Shown: positions 24,158-35,750 of the stretch, one piece after another
How the letters are laid out: every line of letters begins with the position of its first letter
Numbering within the stretch: position 1 is the stretch's first letter
From: Octopus sinensis
Lineage: Eukaryota
Direction: 5' to 3'
Length of the DNA stretch: 64,000 nt
NCBI RefSeq assembly: GCF_006345805.1
Contig: NC_042999.1
Location: 45,260,001 to 45,324,000, forward strand
The notes under the pieces: model-generated
The model's input: only the letters and a program-made list of their open reading frames with translations
Databases searched by the model: none
Told to the model about the DNA's origin: nothing
Program-made: the position numbers and the translations under genes

Positions 24158-24168
<11 letters not shown>
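23151..24168 (+). mobile_element. Penelope-like element: inverted 5' pLTR segment plus tandem pLTRs (period 512 bp)
   Basis: 23151-23347 is the reverse complement of 23361-23557 (197 bp, 1 mismatch); 23348-23656 is repeated directly at 23860-24168; both outer ends abut (TA)n. Confidence 0.85.
23850..23915 (+). ncRNA. Type I hammerhead ribozyme (this copy has GAC for GAA; the sister copy 23348-23403 keeps GAA but lacks the 5' core)
   Basis: CCATG-CTGATGA-T-GGTTG-CAC-TTTTCC-TTGC-GGAAAA-TAA-CAACC-GA(C/A)-ACTAAATTTAGT-A^-CATGG; all three helices pair and the triplet is GUA. Confidence 0.9.
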
Positions 24169-24189
<21 letters not shown>

Positions 24190-24196
<7 letters not shown>

Positions 24197-24908
24197 CAGT
24201 CAACCAGTTTCCAGGTGAGTAAAAATGTTAGTTCAGTGGAGATTATTAAATTATTTGGTTAGTAATTTGATTTAAGGTTATAAGTTATTAAGGCTGTTTG
24301 AGTTGTATTTTCTCCACTATAGGATATGGTTCAATCAACAGTCATATATGATGTAGAATATGTGTTTATTTAGACATTAAGTGTTCACAGTTAGTTAGTA
24401 TTTGTTATTTTTTGGCTTTTTTGTTTTGAATATGTTCATGGTACATGGCAGTATTTGTGATTATAACATATCTATATTGATTAGTTTAGTTTATACCGTT
24501 CACATTTATTTATTCTTTAGTTTATTCTTTATAGGTGTTACTTATTATCGATTGGATTGTTGATTGACCTGGATGATTATTGATTTTGTAATTTATTTAA
24601 TTGAATATTTGTTTGTATTAAAATGTATTAATGTTATAGGTGATTAAATTAGTAATTATGATCCAGGTGTAAACTGTTAGGTTGTACAGTCTCAGGCAGT
24701 GTTAAATTATGTGTTTCTAAGGCTGTTTTTTACTGGTGAAAGTAGTGATCCTGCCTCTAGGTGTCGAAATCACATTGATACCCATTAGGCAGCTGAGGAG
24801 GGAACTTCCAGTTTTCTTAAGTTTATTCCTTCACTAGTTATGTTTTTAAGGTTAGATAAGAGGTGTGACTTATTAATTTAATGATATAGGATAAATGTTA
24901 CATACTTA

Positions 24909-24987
<79 letters not shown>

Positions 24988-25515
24988 TTATCTATCTATC
25001 TCTATATGTATACACACACACACACTCACATACACACACATGCACACACACACAAATATATAAATAAATAGAAGAGGAGCCAAAGTTCAAAGTGTAAGAA
25101 GAAGGTTAGCTTCAAGTAATCTGTAGTAAATATAAAAAGCAACTTTCATCTGTAGTAAATCTGTAGTAAATATAAAAAGCAACTTTCATCTCAATAAATC
25201 ACATAAAACACTATTGTTCCATGGGAACAATAGTGTTTTATGTGGTTTATTGAGATGAAAGGTTGTGGATTTTTTCTTATTGAAGTACAATAAATTGCAA
25301 AAAGTTGAGGCTTAACAATATGTTCCAAATTCCACTCTTATAACTAGTGCAGTGCAATGCTGGACATCATACCACAGGGTTGGCTACTATATTCTAAGGT
25401 TGTTTTTTACTGGTGAAAGTAGTGATCCTGCCTCTAGGTGTCGAAATCACATTGATACCCATTAGGCAGCTGAGGAGGGAACTTCCAGTTTTCTTAAGTT
25501 TATTCCTTCACTAGC
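24190..25515 (-). mobile_element. Rearranged Penelope-like remnant
   Basis: A/C-rich minus strand ending at (TA)n (24165-24192); contains an internal 123-bp duplication and a palindrome. Family assignment is from weak peptide similarity only. Confidence 0.4.
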
Positions 25516-25796
25516 CTATCCCGTGGTTTGATTATTTGAATACTAAATATACCACCACCACCACAACCATCATCATCATCATTTAATGTCACCTTACCAT
25601 GCTGCCATAGGTTGGATGGTTTAAAAGGAGCTGGCAATTCAGATGACCTGAGTGGAGGTGCATGGCTTAGTGGTTAAGATGTTGGACTCATGATCGTAAG
25701 ATTGTGGTTCAAAATCCTGGAATGGGTGATGTGTTGTGTTATTGAACAAAACACTTCAATTCATGTTGCTCCAATCCAGTCAGCTGCCAAACTTTA

Positions 25797-26190
25797 GGCG
25801 CAGGAGTGGCTATGTGGTAAGTAGCTTGGTTACCAACCACATGGTTCCGGGTTCAGTTCCACTGTGTGGCACCTTAGGCAAGTGTTTTCTACTGTAGGCT
25901 TGGGCCGCCAAAGCCTTGTGAGTGGATTTGGCTGATGGAAACTGAAAGAAGCTCGCCGTATATATGTATATCTATGTGTCTGTATATGTTGTGTATCTGT
26001 GTTTGTTCCCCAAACATCGCTTGAAAACCAATGCTGGTATGTTTAGGTCCCTGTAACGTAGCGGTTCGGAAAAAGAGACACATAGAATAAGTACTAGGCT
26101 TACGGAGAATAAGTCCTGGAGTTGATTTGATTCAACTAAAGGTGGTGCTCCAGCATGGCCACAGTCAAATGACTGAAAAAAGTAAAAGAA
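25797..26190 (+). mobile_element. SINE family A, full length (preceded by a family D head at 25655-25790)
   Basis: GGCGCAGGAGTGGCTATGTGGTAAG...GGTGGTGCTCCAGCATGGCCACAGTCAAATGACTG...AAAAGAATAAAAGAATAA. Confidence 0.9.
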
Positions 26191-26349
26191 TAAAAGAATA
26201 ATCCTATGACAAACCGGTGTTCCATCTGGGTGGGGAATATATATGTCACGAAACTGGTAAACCGGCCCTTATGAGTCAGTATGACTCATGAAGGTGACTT
26301 TACCTTACATCTGAAGACAGAAGACTGTGCCATGCTCTGGTACGGTTTG

Positions 26350-26893
26350 TTATTTCTTTATTGCCCACAAGGGGCTAAACATAGATGGGACAAATAAGGA
26401 CAGACAAAGGGATTAAGTCAATTACATCGACCCCAGTGCATAAGTAGTACTTAATTTATTAACCCCGAAAGGATGAAAAGCAAAGTTGACCTCAGTGGAA
26501 TTTGAAATCAGAATGTAAAGGCAGATAAAATACTGCAAAACATTTTGCCCGGCGTGCTAACGTTTATTATTTCCTTATTGCCCACAAGGGGCTAAACATA
26601 GAGGGGACAAATAAGGACAAACAAAGGGATTAAGTCAAAGATATTGACCCCAGTGCATAACTGGTACTTAATTTATCGACCCCAAAAGGATGAAAGGCAA
26701 AGTCAACCTTGGTGGAATTTGAACTCAGAACATAACGGCAGACGAAATACTGCTAAGCATTTTGCCTGGCGTGCTAACATTTCTTATTTCTTTATTGCTC
26801 ACAAGGGGCTAAACATAGAGGGGACAAACAAAGACAGACAAAGGGATTAAGCATTTCGTCTGGTGTGCTAGTGTTTCTACCAGCTTGCCGCCT
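26350..26893 (-). mobile_element. SINE family B multimer (two full units plus a partial)
   Basis: Repeated TATTTCTTTATTGCCCACAAGGGGCTAAACATAG units. Confidence 0.85.
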
Positions 26894-26939
26894 TCTAAAT
26901 GTATATCTGTATATGTAAACATCATGTACATAATATTAT

Positions 26940-26952
26940 ATATTACAAATAT

Positions 26953-27003
<51 letters not shown>

Positions 27004-27127
27004 TATATATTATATATATATATAAATATAGCTAGCTAGCTAGCTAGATAGATAGATAGATAGATTACAAAATCTATAACAAAATTTTAAAATGTATAAA
27101 TTCAGGTCCATTTTCAAACCCTAAAAC

Positions 27128-27183
<56 letters not shown>

Positions 27184-27590
27184 TATACATATATATTTAT
27201 ACACATATGTACACACACAAACACACATACACACACACACTCACAGGTAGACACACACATATAATATATGAAGTCCAGCATACACCAGCATAACAAACAG
27301 CCATTAAATGATGATGATGATGATGATAGTGATGAAGATGATGATGGTGATGACGATGATGATGATTTATATAATATATGATACATATATCTGTATGTAA
27401 TTATATATGTATGTATGTATGTACGTATATATATTTTTCATGTATGTATGCATGTACGTATATAGGTTGGTAGGTAGGAAGGTAGTTAGGTAGGTAGGCA
27501 GGTCGGTAGGTAGGTCGGTAGGTAGGTAGATAGGTAGGTAGGCAGGTAGGTTGGTAACTAGGTAGATAGGTATGCATTGCAAAATTTATA
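26940..27590. repeat. Compound (TA)n/(CA)n/(GAT)n/(TAGG)n microsatellite field
   Basis: Seen directly. Confidence 0.95.
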
Positions 27591-28336
27591 GATGCCAAAG
27601 ACAGTTCCAATCAATAGTTAGAATGACTGACTATATAGAAAGAGTAAGCTACTTTAACGGATAGATACACAGAAATTGACCTTAGAATTTCAGTCCATTA
27701 ACGGAATCATCAAAATATGTTAGAATTTTCAGATACATCATGGCTTTTATTGCTGTTGGAGCTTCATCTGTATAAACGTTCTCACTCACTTTTAGTAGTC
27801 CATTTATAGACTTTTGCAGAACACTAAAATAACTATATTATGCTACATTGCATTATATTATTTAAATATTAAATTACATTATGTGCAAGAAGGCCATTTT
27901 TACTCTGAAATGTAAACAACGCAAAAAATAGTCGCATTGTATAAAAGTGTGTTTGTGTAGTGCCAGGTAATTTAGTACATCGGTAAATATGCAATAAATT
28001 GAATATGTAGAGTTTGTTGTCTGATTTTCCATTCTTAGTCTTGATCCCAGTTTAAAGAAATTTTCTAACTTCATTAAATTTTTGTTTATAAGCTAATTAT
28101 GATGGCCATAGTTTTGCATTTATCTTTTAAAACTGGAAGGATTTATATGTACTCTAAGTAACCTTGGCTAGATAAAGCCATTGCTATATAAATCATTATA
28201 GTCTGTTAATTCTTATATTCTGTATGTATGTATGTGGGTGTGTGTCTGTGTGCATGCATTTGTGTGTGTATGTGTGTGTATGTGTATATGTGTGTGTATT
28301 TATGTGTCTATGTATGTATATGTATGTATGTATGTG

Positions 28337-28988
28337 CGTCTCCTCTATTTTTTAATGATTATAAATCTTCCACTGAGGAGAGACCTGGTTTCCAACAAAG
28401 ATACAAAGCTCCATCTTTGGGATGTAGTTAACACAGGCAAATTCACATTTGGAACTTGAGAAAAGTCTTGCATATTTTTATTGTTCCACTCACAGATTGC
28501 ACTTGTAATGTACGAATTGGCCAGTCAATTTCTCTATCTGAAAATTCCAGTTTATTCAGATACTCCTTTAAGCATTTACTAACAAAACCTAATGCTCCAG
28601 TTATTATTGGTATGAATCTGATTTCATAGTCTGGATATAGAAGCTGGAGGTTTCAAACAAGTTGTCCATAGATATCCTCTTTTCCTTTGATTTTCGAAGA
28701 GATGTTTACATCTGCAGGGCAGCTGACTTCAATGAAGGTACATATCTTTGCCCCTCCGTCCCAAACAAGAATATTTGGCTTGTTATGTTTACATTTGACA
28801 GAAGTTTTGATGGGAATATTCCAACAGTATTCCTTGAATTGGTGTTTATGAATTTATTCCATAACAGAAGGATTTTCTAACTTTAATTCAGAGCAGTCTT
28901 TTTTTGCAGATGGCATTGTAAATTGTTTTAGCAACAACATCATGCTGCATAGGAAGGTTGTACCTTGACGACATTTTAAGACAGCAGC
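28337..28988 (-). mobile_element. REL-endonuclease (R4/Dong-like) non-LTR retrotransposon, 5'-truncated, family 2
   Basis: Minus-strand KEYCWNIPIKTSVKCKHNKPNILVWDGGAKICTFIEVSCPADVNI...YGQLV*NLQLLYPDYEIRFIPIITGALG...SGTIKICKTFL follows the PD-(D/E)xK-type REL domain pattern; flanked by (CATA)n. Confidence 0.8.
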
Positions 28989-29599
28989 TAATCGCAGGTA
29001 TGTATGTATGTCACTATTCAGTTTTATTTCAAGATTTCTTGCCAATAGAGAAAAATTTGGTTTCTAACCTAGATTCAAGGTCATCATCATCATCATCATC
29101 ATTTAATGTCTGCTTTCCATGCTGGCATGGGTTAATGGTTTGACTGAAAATTAGTAAGCTGGAGAGCCACTCCAAGTTCCAATCTGATTTGACATGGTTT
29201 CTACAGCTGGAATTTCAACAACATCAATAGGGTATTTTTGTATGTACATATGTATATGTGCAGATCTGTATGTTTTGTTTTATGCATGTATTCTCGTGCA
29301 TACAGGGGAATGTTGATTATACTGATCCCAATGCTCAACCAACAGGTACTTATCTTATTAACTCTGAATATATGAAAGGCAAATTCAACTGTTGAGGTTG
29401 AATTTGCCTTTAATTTTATGGTTAATTAATTAACCATGGTTAATTTTATTAACCATAGCAATTAGTCTACCTCACCATCTTTTTGATCATCACATGACCC
29501 ACTTTATGAAAATCACTGATCTAGAGGAGGAGGCTGTGAACTGAGCTTCATAGGCTCTCCATAAATATTGCAGTTTTTCCAATTGCATGAACTAAAAGT

Positions 29600-30465
29600 C
29601 ATAGGGTGATGGAATAAACGACCTGCATCAACTTGCTATAAAAGCAGGTAGTAATTTTACCTTATACTTATTCTTAGTGCAAGTTTTGAAGAGTGTAGTT
29701 CAATTTTAACAGTTATTTTCTCAAAGCTATATTGGAAGTGACAAAGTAACATATTTGGCATATTTCACTTTTTGAGTTCAATAAAGACAACAACGCAATA
29801 GAAAGTGCAAGGAATATTAATGCAATATATGGGGATCGGACAATAAGTATAAGCCTGTGTCAACAGTGGTTTCAGAAATTCCAAACTGGAGACTACAGCC
29901 TAGAAGACGAGCCTCATCCTGGAAGATCTGTAGAGTGCAATGAGGACATCCTGCAAACCCTAGTGGAACAAAATCCCATCATAACTGTTGAGGAACTAGC
30001 AGAGAAGCTTGGATATGGTCATTCAACTATTCATCAACACCTGCATATAATCAGAAAAGTCAGTAAACTGGCTCAATGGGTTTCTCACAAACTTTCTGAG
30101 TCTAATCGCATGCAGAGAGTGAATGTATCTTCTTCTTTGCTGTCACATCTCACGAATGAACCTCTTTTGGACTGAATAGTGACTGGTGATGAGAAATGGA
30201 TTCTCTATAAAAAAGTCAAGACCGGGTAGGGAAATGAGAAACACTTGCACCACAGGCTAAAGAAGGTCTTCACACACGTAAGGTCTTGTTATCTGTTTGG
30301 TGGGATATGAAAGGTTTAGTCTACTTTGAACTTTTAAACCCAAACCAAAGGATAACAAAGGAGATCTACTGCCAGCAGCTTGAGCAGCTTAAGTCAGTAC
30401 TAGAAGGAAAACAAACATCTTTGGTTTCAAGATGAAAGGTGTTTTCCCATCAGGATAATGTTTGG
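29600..30465 (+). mobile_element. Mos1/SETMAR-type mariner transposase pseudogene, 3'-truncated
   Basis: QWFQKFQTGDYSLEDEPHPGRS (HTH), WVSHKL (WVPHEL motif), *IVTGDEKWILY (first catalytic D), VLLSVWWDMKG, and QDN (second D), after which homology stops. Confidence 0.9.
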
Positions 30466-30711
30466 CTAATGTTTATTTGTAGTGGAACAGCCTACTTCTC
30501 TCACTCAGGTGTGTCCTTCAGAATACCTCCCCTTTTGAGATTTTTGTTTTCTTCACACAACATTATTATATATTTTGTTTTTTTCCTATTCCATTTCTTT
30601 TTCTTCCACACACAGAATCTTTTTTTCCAGAATGCCCCAGGTAGTACTAGCTCTACATTCTTACCAGTAGTACTTCAAATATATTAGTGACCTGACTGAA
30701 ATCCTTCAATG

Positions 30712-30750
<39 letters not shown>

Positions 30751-31304
30751 TATTATTTTTCTTTATTCTTCTTTACACACCATTATTATATTTTTTTTTT
30801 CATATTCCAGTTTTTCCTTTCACTCACAGAATTTCTTTCTCCAGAATGCCCCAGGTAGTACCAGCTCTACATTCTTACCAGCAGCACTTACAAACACATA
30901 GCAACCTGACTGGAATACTTCAAACAGACTTATATTATTTTTTTTTTTCTGTATCACACTATTGTGGAGTGCATGAAATTAGAATCCTCATCCCCTCTTT
31001 TACAAAGTGAGAGGATTTTTAATATTTTCCACTACGTGTTGTTCAAATCCTTCTTCAACAGATTTTAAATATTTTCCACTGTGTGTCGTTTGAATCCTCG
31101 TCACCACTGTTGTATCTTGCTCAACACTAATATGTCCTGCATTATAACAATGTACCGCATTGACTGCATGACTGGCACGAACAGTGTACTTCACCAACTG
31201 ACACCACATGTTGTGTCTGTCCACTGTGTATTTGTAGCGGAATAGCCAACTGCTCTTACTCGGGGATGTCCTCGACAACATATATATATATATATATATC
31301 ATCA

Positions 31305-31730
31305 TCATCATCATCATCATCATTTAGCGTCCGTTTTCCATGCTAGCATGGGTTGGACGGTTCTACTAGGGTCTGTGAAGCCAGAAGGCTTCATCAGGCC
31401 CAGTCAGATCTGGCAGTGTTTCTACGGCTGGATGCCCTTCCTAACGCCAACCACTCCGTGAGTGTAGTGGGTGCTTTTTACGTGCCACCCGCACTGGTGC
31501 CAGACAGAGCTGGCAAACGGCCACGAACGGATGGTGCTTTTTATGTGCCACCGGCACGAGGGCCAGGCGAGGCTGGCAACGGACACGAAACGGGGCGGTG
31601 CTGGCAACGGTCGCGAAACGGAAAGTTCTCTTACATGCCACCGGCACTGGTAACACATCTGCAATTTCCATTGATCGATTTCCATTGATCGATTTCGATT
31701 CTGATCCTCACTTGCCTCAATGGGTCTTCA
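31305..31730 (-). mobile_element. Family E retroposon, long form with internal GGTGCTTTTTA(C/T)GTGCCACC subrepeats
   Basis: Same family seen on + at 63770-64000 (TGAGGCAAGTG...CCAGTGCCGGTGGC). Confidence 0.8.
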
Positions 31731-32425
31731 CAAATATATATATATATATTTATGTGTGTGTGTGTGTGTATTTTTGTCTATGTCTGTACCTTCACTATCA
31801 CTTGACAACCAATGTTGGTTTCTTCACGTTCTTGTAACTTAGTAGTTCAGCAAAAGGGACCAATACAATAAGTACTAAGCTTACAAAGAATAAATCTTGG
31901 GGTCGATTTCTTTGACTAAAAAAATCCTTAAAGGTAGTGCTTTAGTATGGCCACAGTCAAACGACTAAAACAAGTAAAAGAATAAAAAAATATATACACA
32001 CACACATATATCATCATCATCATCATCATCATCATCATCGTTTAATGTCCATTTTTCATGCTGGTATGGGTTGAACAGCTTGACTGAGGTCTGGAAAGCC
32101 AGTGGCTGCAGCAGGATCCAATCTGATCTGGCAATGTTTCTACAGCTGGATGCCCTTCTGAACGTCAACCTTGCTGAGAGTGTAGTGGGTGCTTTTACAT
32201 GCCATTGGTACAGAGCCAGTCAGGTGGCCCTTGCATTGATCACATTCAGATGGTGCTTTTTATATGTCACTGACACGGGAGCCAGTCAGGGGCCACTGGC
32301 ATCAACCATATTCGGATGGTGCTTTTTACATACCTCCGGCATGGGTGCCAGTCAGGCTGACCTGGCATTGACCACGATATATGTGTATATAAGTATATAT
32401 ATGTATGTATATATATATATATATA

Positions 32426-32650
32426 CTTTATTTAAAGCAGCAGAAAATTCAACAAAAACTTACTCTGAGTTTCACGTTGCCGTTCATCGGACAGTTTTTG
32501 CTAGCAAAAACTGTCCGATGAACGGCTACGTGAAACTCAGAGTAACAGGTTTTGTTGAATTTTCTGCTGCTTTAAATAAAGCATATTACTCTACCACTGG
32601 TATTTGAGTACTCTTTTTTCCACCTTGTTTCACATTTATGTGTTTACTCC

Positions 32651-32652
<2 letters not shown>
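32426..32652 (+). mobile_element. PLE pLTR fragment with a 5' fold-back, between two (TA)n runs
   Basis: 32426-32502 and 32503-32581 are inverted arms; the tail ends CCGG-(TA)n. Confidence 0.75.
32511..32548 (+). ncRNA. Minimal type I hammerhead motif with CCGAUGA core
   Basis: CTGT-CCGATGA-ACG-GCTA-CGT-GAA-ACTC-A-GAGT-A^-ACAG; the inverted copy on the minus strand has a GCAA helix II loop. Confidence 0.75.
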
Positions 32653-32748
<96 letters not shown>

Positions 32749-32806
32749 GTATGTATATAGCCGTGCCGATGGCACGTAAAATCCATCATTCAAACATGAT
32801 CGTTAA

Positions 32807-32838
<32 letters not shown>

Positions 32839-33164
32839 ATATATGTGTGTGTGTATGATGTATATGTGTTTGTGTGTGCATGTGTGTGTAATCTTGTCTT
32901 CCTATCTCTGTCTTGACAGCCTTTATGTCCTTCATAAAAACAATATTGCTGTAATGAGGTTGTCGTCGTTTATGTCAGCCACTAAACAGGCGAAGTCATC
33001 AAGCAATTCCCTTACTGGAAACTATCCAAGGTACTAATTCTAGTAATTTAGGGGAATGAGTAGTTTACTTGGATACAAATACGGTTTGGCAAAAGGAAGG
33101 GCAACTAGCTTATAGGAAAACTACCTCAGTAATTCTCATCTAACTCATGCAGCCATGAAAAAGA

Positions 33165-33590
33165 AGATGTGAAAATAATGATGCGGATGGTGACAATGAT
33201 GATGATGATGATGATTGTGATGATGCTGAAGGAGAAGTGGAGAATGATGATGATGATGATGATGATGATAATGAAGTCAATGATTGTAGTGGTGATAGTG
33301 GTGGTGGTGGTGATGACAATGATAATGATGAGGATGATGATGATGATGATGATGATGAGGAGGAGGAGGAGGAGGAGAAGGACAATGAAGTCAATGATGG
33401 TGGTGGTAGTTGTGACGATGACGATGATGAGGAGGATGCGGAAGAGTAGGGAGAGGAGGGAGAAGAAGGGAGGAGGGAGAAAGGGAGAGGAGGGAGAAGA
33501 TGGGAGGAGGAAGAAGGGGTGGAAAAAGAAGATACAAATATGCATGTGTGTATGTGTATGTGTGTGTATGTGTGTGTGTGCACGTGTATG
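33165..33590. repeat. Compound (GAT)/(GGT)/(GAG)/(TG) microsatellite
   Basis: Seen directly. Confidence 0.95.
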
Positions 33591-34394
33591 TGTGCAGTGG
33601 GGGCAATTGTTGAATTTCTCTACTTAGCTCTGCCTGGCCAGACCTTTAACACAGGGTTAGCTGTCTAAATGAATGTTTTGAATGCAGTCTTCAAGACTCA
33701 AATTTTCAATCTATTTATTTGGAACTTTCACTCTGTGTTTAGTCGGTTTTATACATTCCGCCATGCTGCTGAGTTTGTATAATGGCATCCTTGATATATT
33801 GTGAATTGCATGTAGTATTGTATTATCCTCTTTATTCTCTAACGAGGGGCCTTGTCTAAAACATTTGTCTCACTACTTCATCTCAATTATCTCGAAAGAT
33901 TTCTTATTTTTATTGTAATGCAGCAAGTATTGGTCTGCTAATTCTGCTGATTATCCTTATTTTATTATTTGATTTGTTATTCCATTAAGAGTTGTGTGTG
34001 TGTGTGTGTGTGTGTGTGGATTTGCGCATATCTGCATCTGTGCATGTGCCAAGAGCTTTGTTGAGGTCATGTGCTGTGCTGTGCTGAAACCGTCCTGTAA
34101 GTTTGGAGAAAGAAGAAAAAAGAGGGAAGAATTTCATTCTGTTATATTCTTCCTTGAATAATAACACTCAACAAAGAAGAAATCTTCGATTTTTTTTTTT
34201 TTTTTTTTCCCCTTTTACTCTAGAGGGTAAGTAATACCAATCCCATGACACTACATAGGGCCTCTGAGACTGGAGAAGTGAGTAACCATGTGCATAAAGG
34301 TATCCTCAAACTAGAGCTTGTAACAAAGTGGGCTCTGCAAAAAGACTCCAAGGTGCCAGAAGACAATATTGGCTTGAAATTTTGACACAGGGTC

Positions 34395-35750
34395 AGCAGA
34401 TTTTGAAGGGAGGGGCAAGTAGATTAGATCAACCACAGTATTTGACTGGTACTTATTTTATTGACCCTAAAAGGATGAAGGGTGAAGTTGACCTCAGCAG
34501 AAATTTGAACTCAGAACATAAAGACAGATGAAATGTGGTTAAGAATTTTGTCCAGTGTGATAACAATTCTACCAGTTTACCACCTTGCCAGCTGGCAATA
34601 TTAAGTCTACTACTGAGGCAATGAGCTGGTGGAATCGTTTGAACCAGTGGGAAAAATGCTTAGTGGCATTTCATCCATCTTTATGATCTGAGTTCAAATT
34701 CTGCCAAAGTAAGCTTTGTTTTTCATCCTTTTAGGAGTTGATAAAATATGTACCAGCTGAGTACTGGGGTCGATGCAATCTACTTACACCCTTCCAATAA
34801 ATTGCTAGTCTTGTGCCAAAATTTGGAACCAATATTAAATCTATTAATTGGCTGGATTAAGTCTACCACATAATAAGTCATGGCATGATTTGAACTCAGA
34901 ATACAGAAAACTAGAATAAATATTCTTTTCAACTCTGGGCACAAGGCCGGAAATTTTGGAGAAGGAGGCCAATCGATTAGATTGATTCCAGTACACAACT
35001 GGTACTTAATTTACCAACGCAGAGAGGATGAAACGCAAAGTTGACCTTGGCGGAATTTGAACTCAGAACATAAAGATAGATTAAGTAGTGCTAAGCATTT
35101 CGTCTGACATGCTAATGTTTCTGCCAGGTTGCATTCTTTACATTCTAAGTTCAAATCTAGCCGATGTAATCTTTTCTTTTCTTTCTTCCAAAGTCAAGTA
35201 TGGAGGTTGATTTGATCAAATGATTCCCTCCAACTAAATTTATGGCCTTGTGCTGTCAATGTTAGAAATTACTTGGTGTTGGACTGAAAAACACTTTAAC
35301 CCTTTTGATACCAACCCAGCTGAAACTGCCTCTGGCTCTGTTGTACAAACGTCTTATTTTCAAAAGTTCTGAATTAAAATCTTCCACCAAACTTTAGCCA
35401 CAATACATATTCCTAACACTAGCTTAATGATAACTAAGTTATGTTACTAAATTCTTTGTTATATCTAAAATCAATTGAAAGAAACACAGAGCATCTCAAA
35501 ATAAATACAGTAACGAAAGGGTTAATGCAGTGGACAAAAAGCGTTTTGGTGGAACTGTTTGAGCACTGGACAAAATGCTAAGCAGCCTTTTTTCTGGCCT
35601 TATGTTCTGAGTTCAAACTCTGCCAAGGTCAACTTTGCTTTTTATCTTTTCGGGATTGATAAAATAAGTACCAGTTATGCACTAGGGTCGATGTAATCGA
35701 CTAATCTCTACCCAACAAAAGTTTCAGGTCAGGCCTTGTGCCTAAATTAG
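34395..35750. mobile_element. Cluster of family B SINE monomers: - (34395-34590), + (34615-34835), - (34925-35140), + (35545-35750)
   Basis: Each has TTTGAACTCAGAA and TCATCCTTT/AAAGGATGA...GATAAA...GTACCAG motifs. Confidence 0.8.
35300..35521. mobile_element. piggyBac-type MITE (222 bp)
   Basis: TTAA-CCCTTTTGATAC ... GTAACGAAAGGG-TTAA; TIR 10/12 identical. Confidence 0.8.

Noticed and set aside
23348-24168. Tandem copies as an assembly duplication
   Set aside because: The copies differ at several sites (GAAAC/GACAC, GACATCTAC/GACGTCTAT) and the layout matches known PLE architecture; long-read confirmation is still advisable.
24195-24245. Possible hammerhead on the minus strand (CTGAACTA...GGAAACTGGTT)
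   Set aside because: Core and helices are too degenerate to score.
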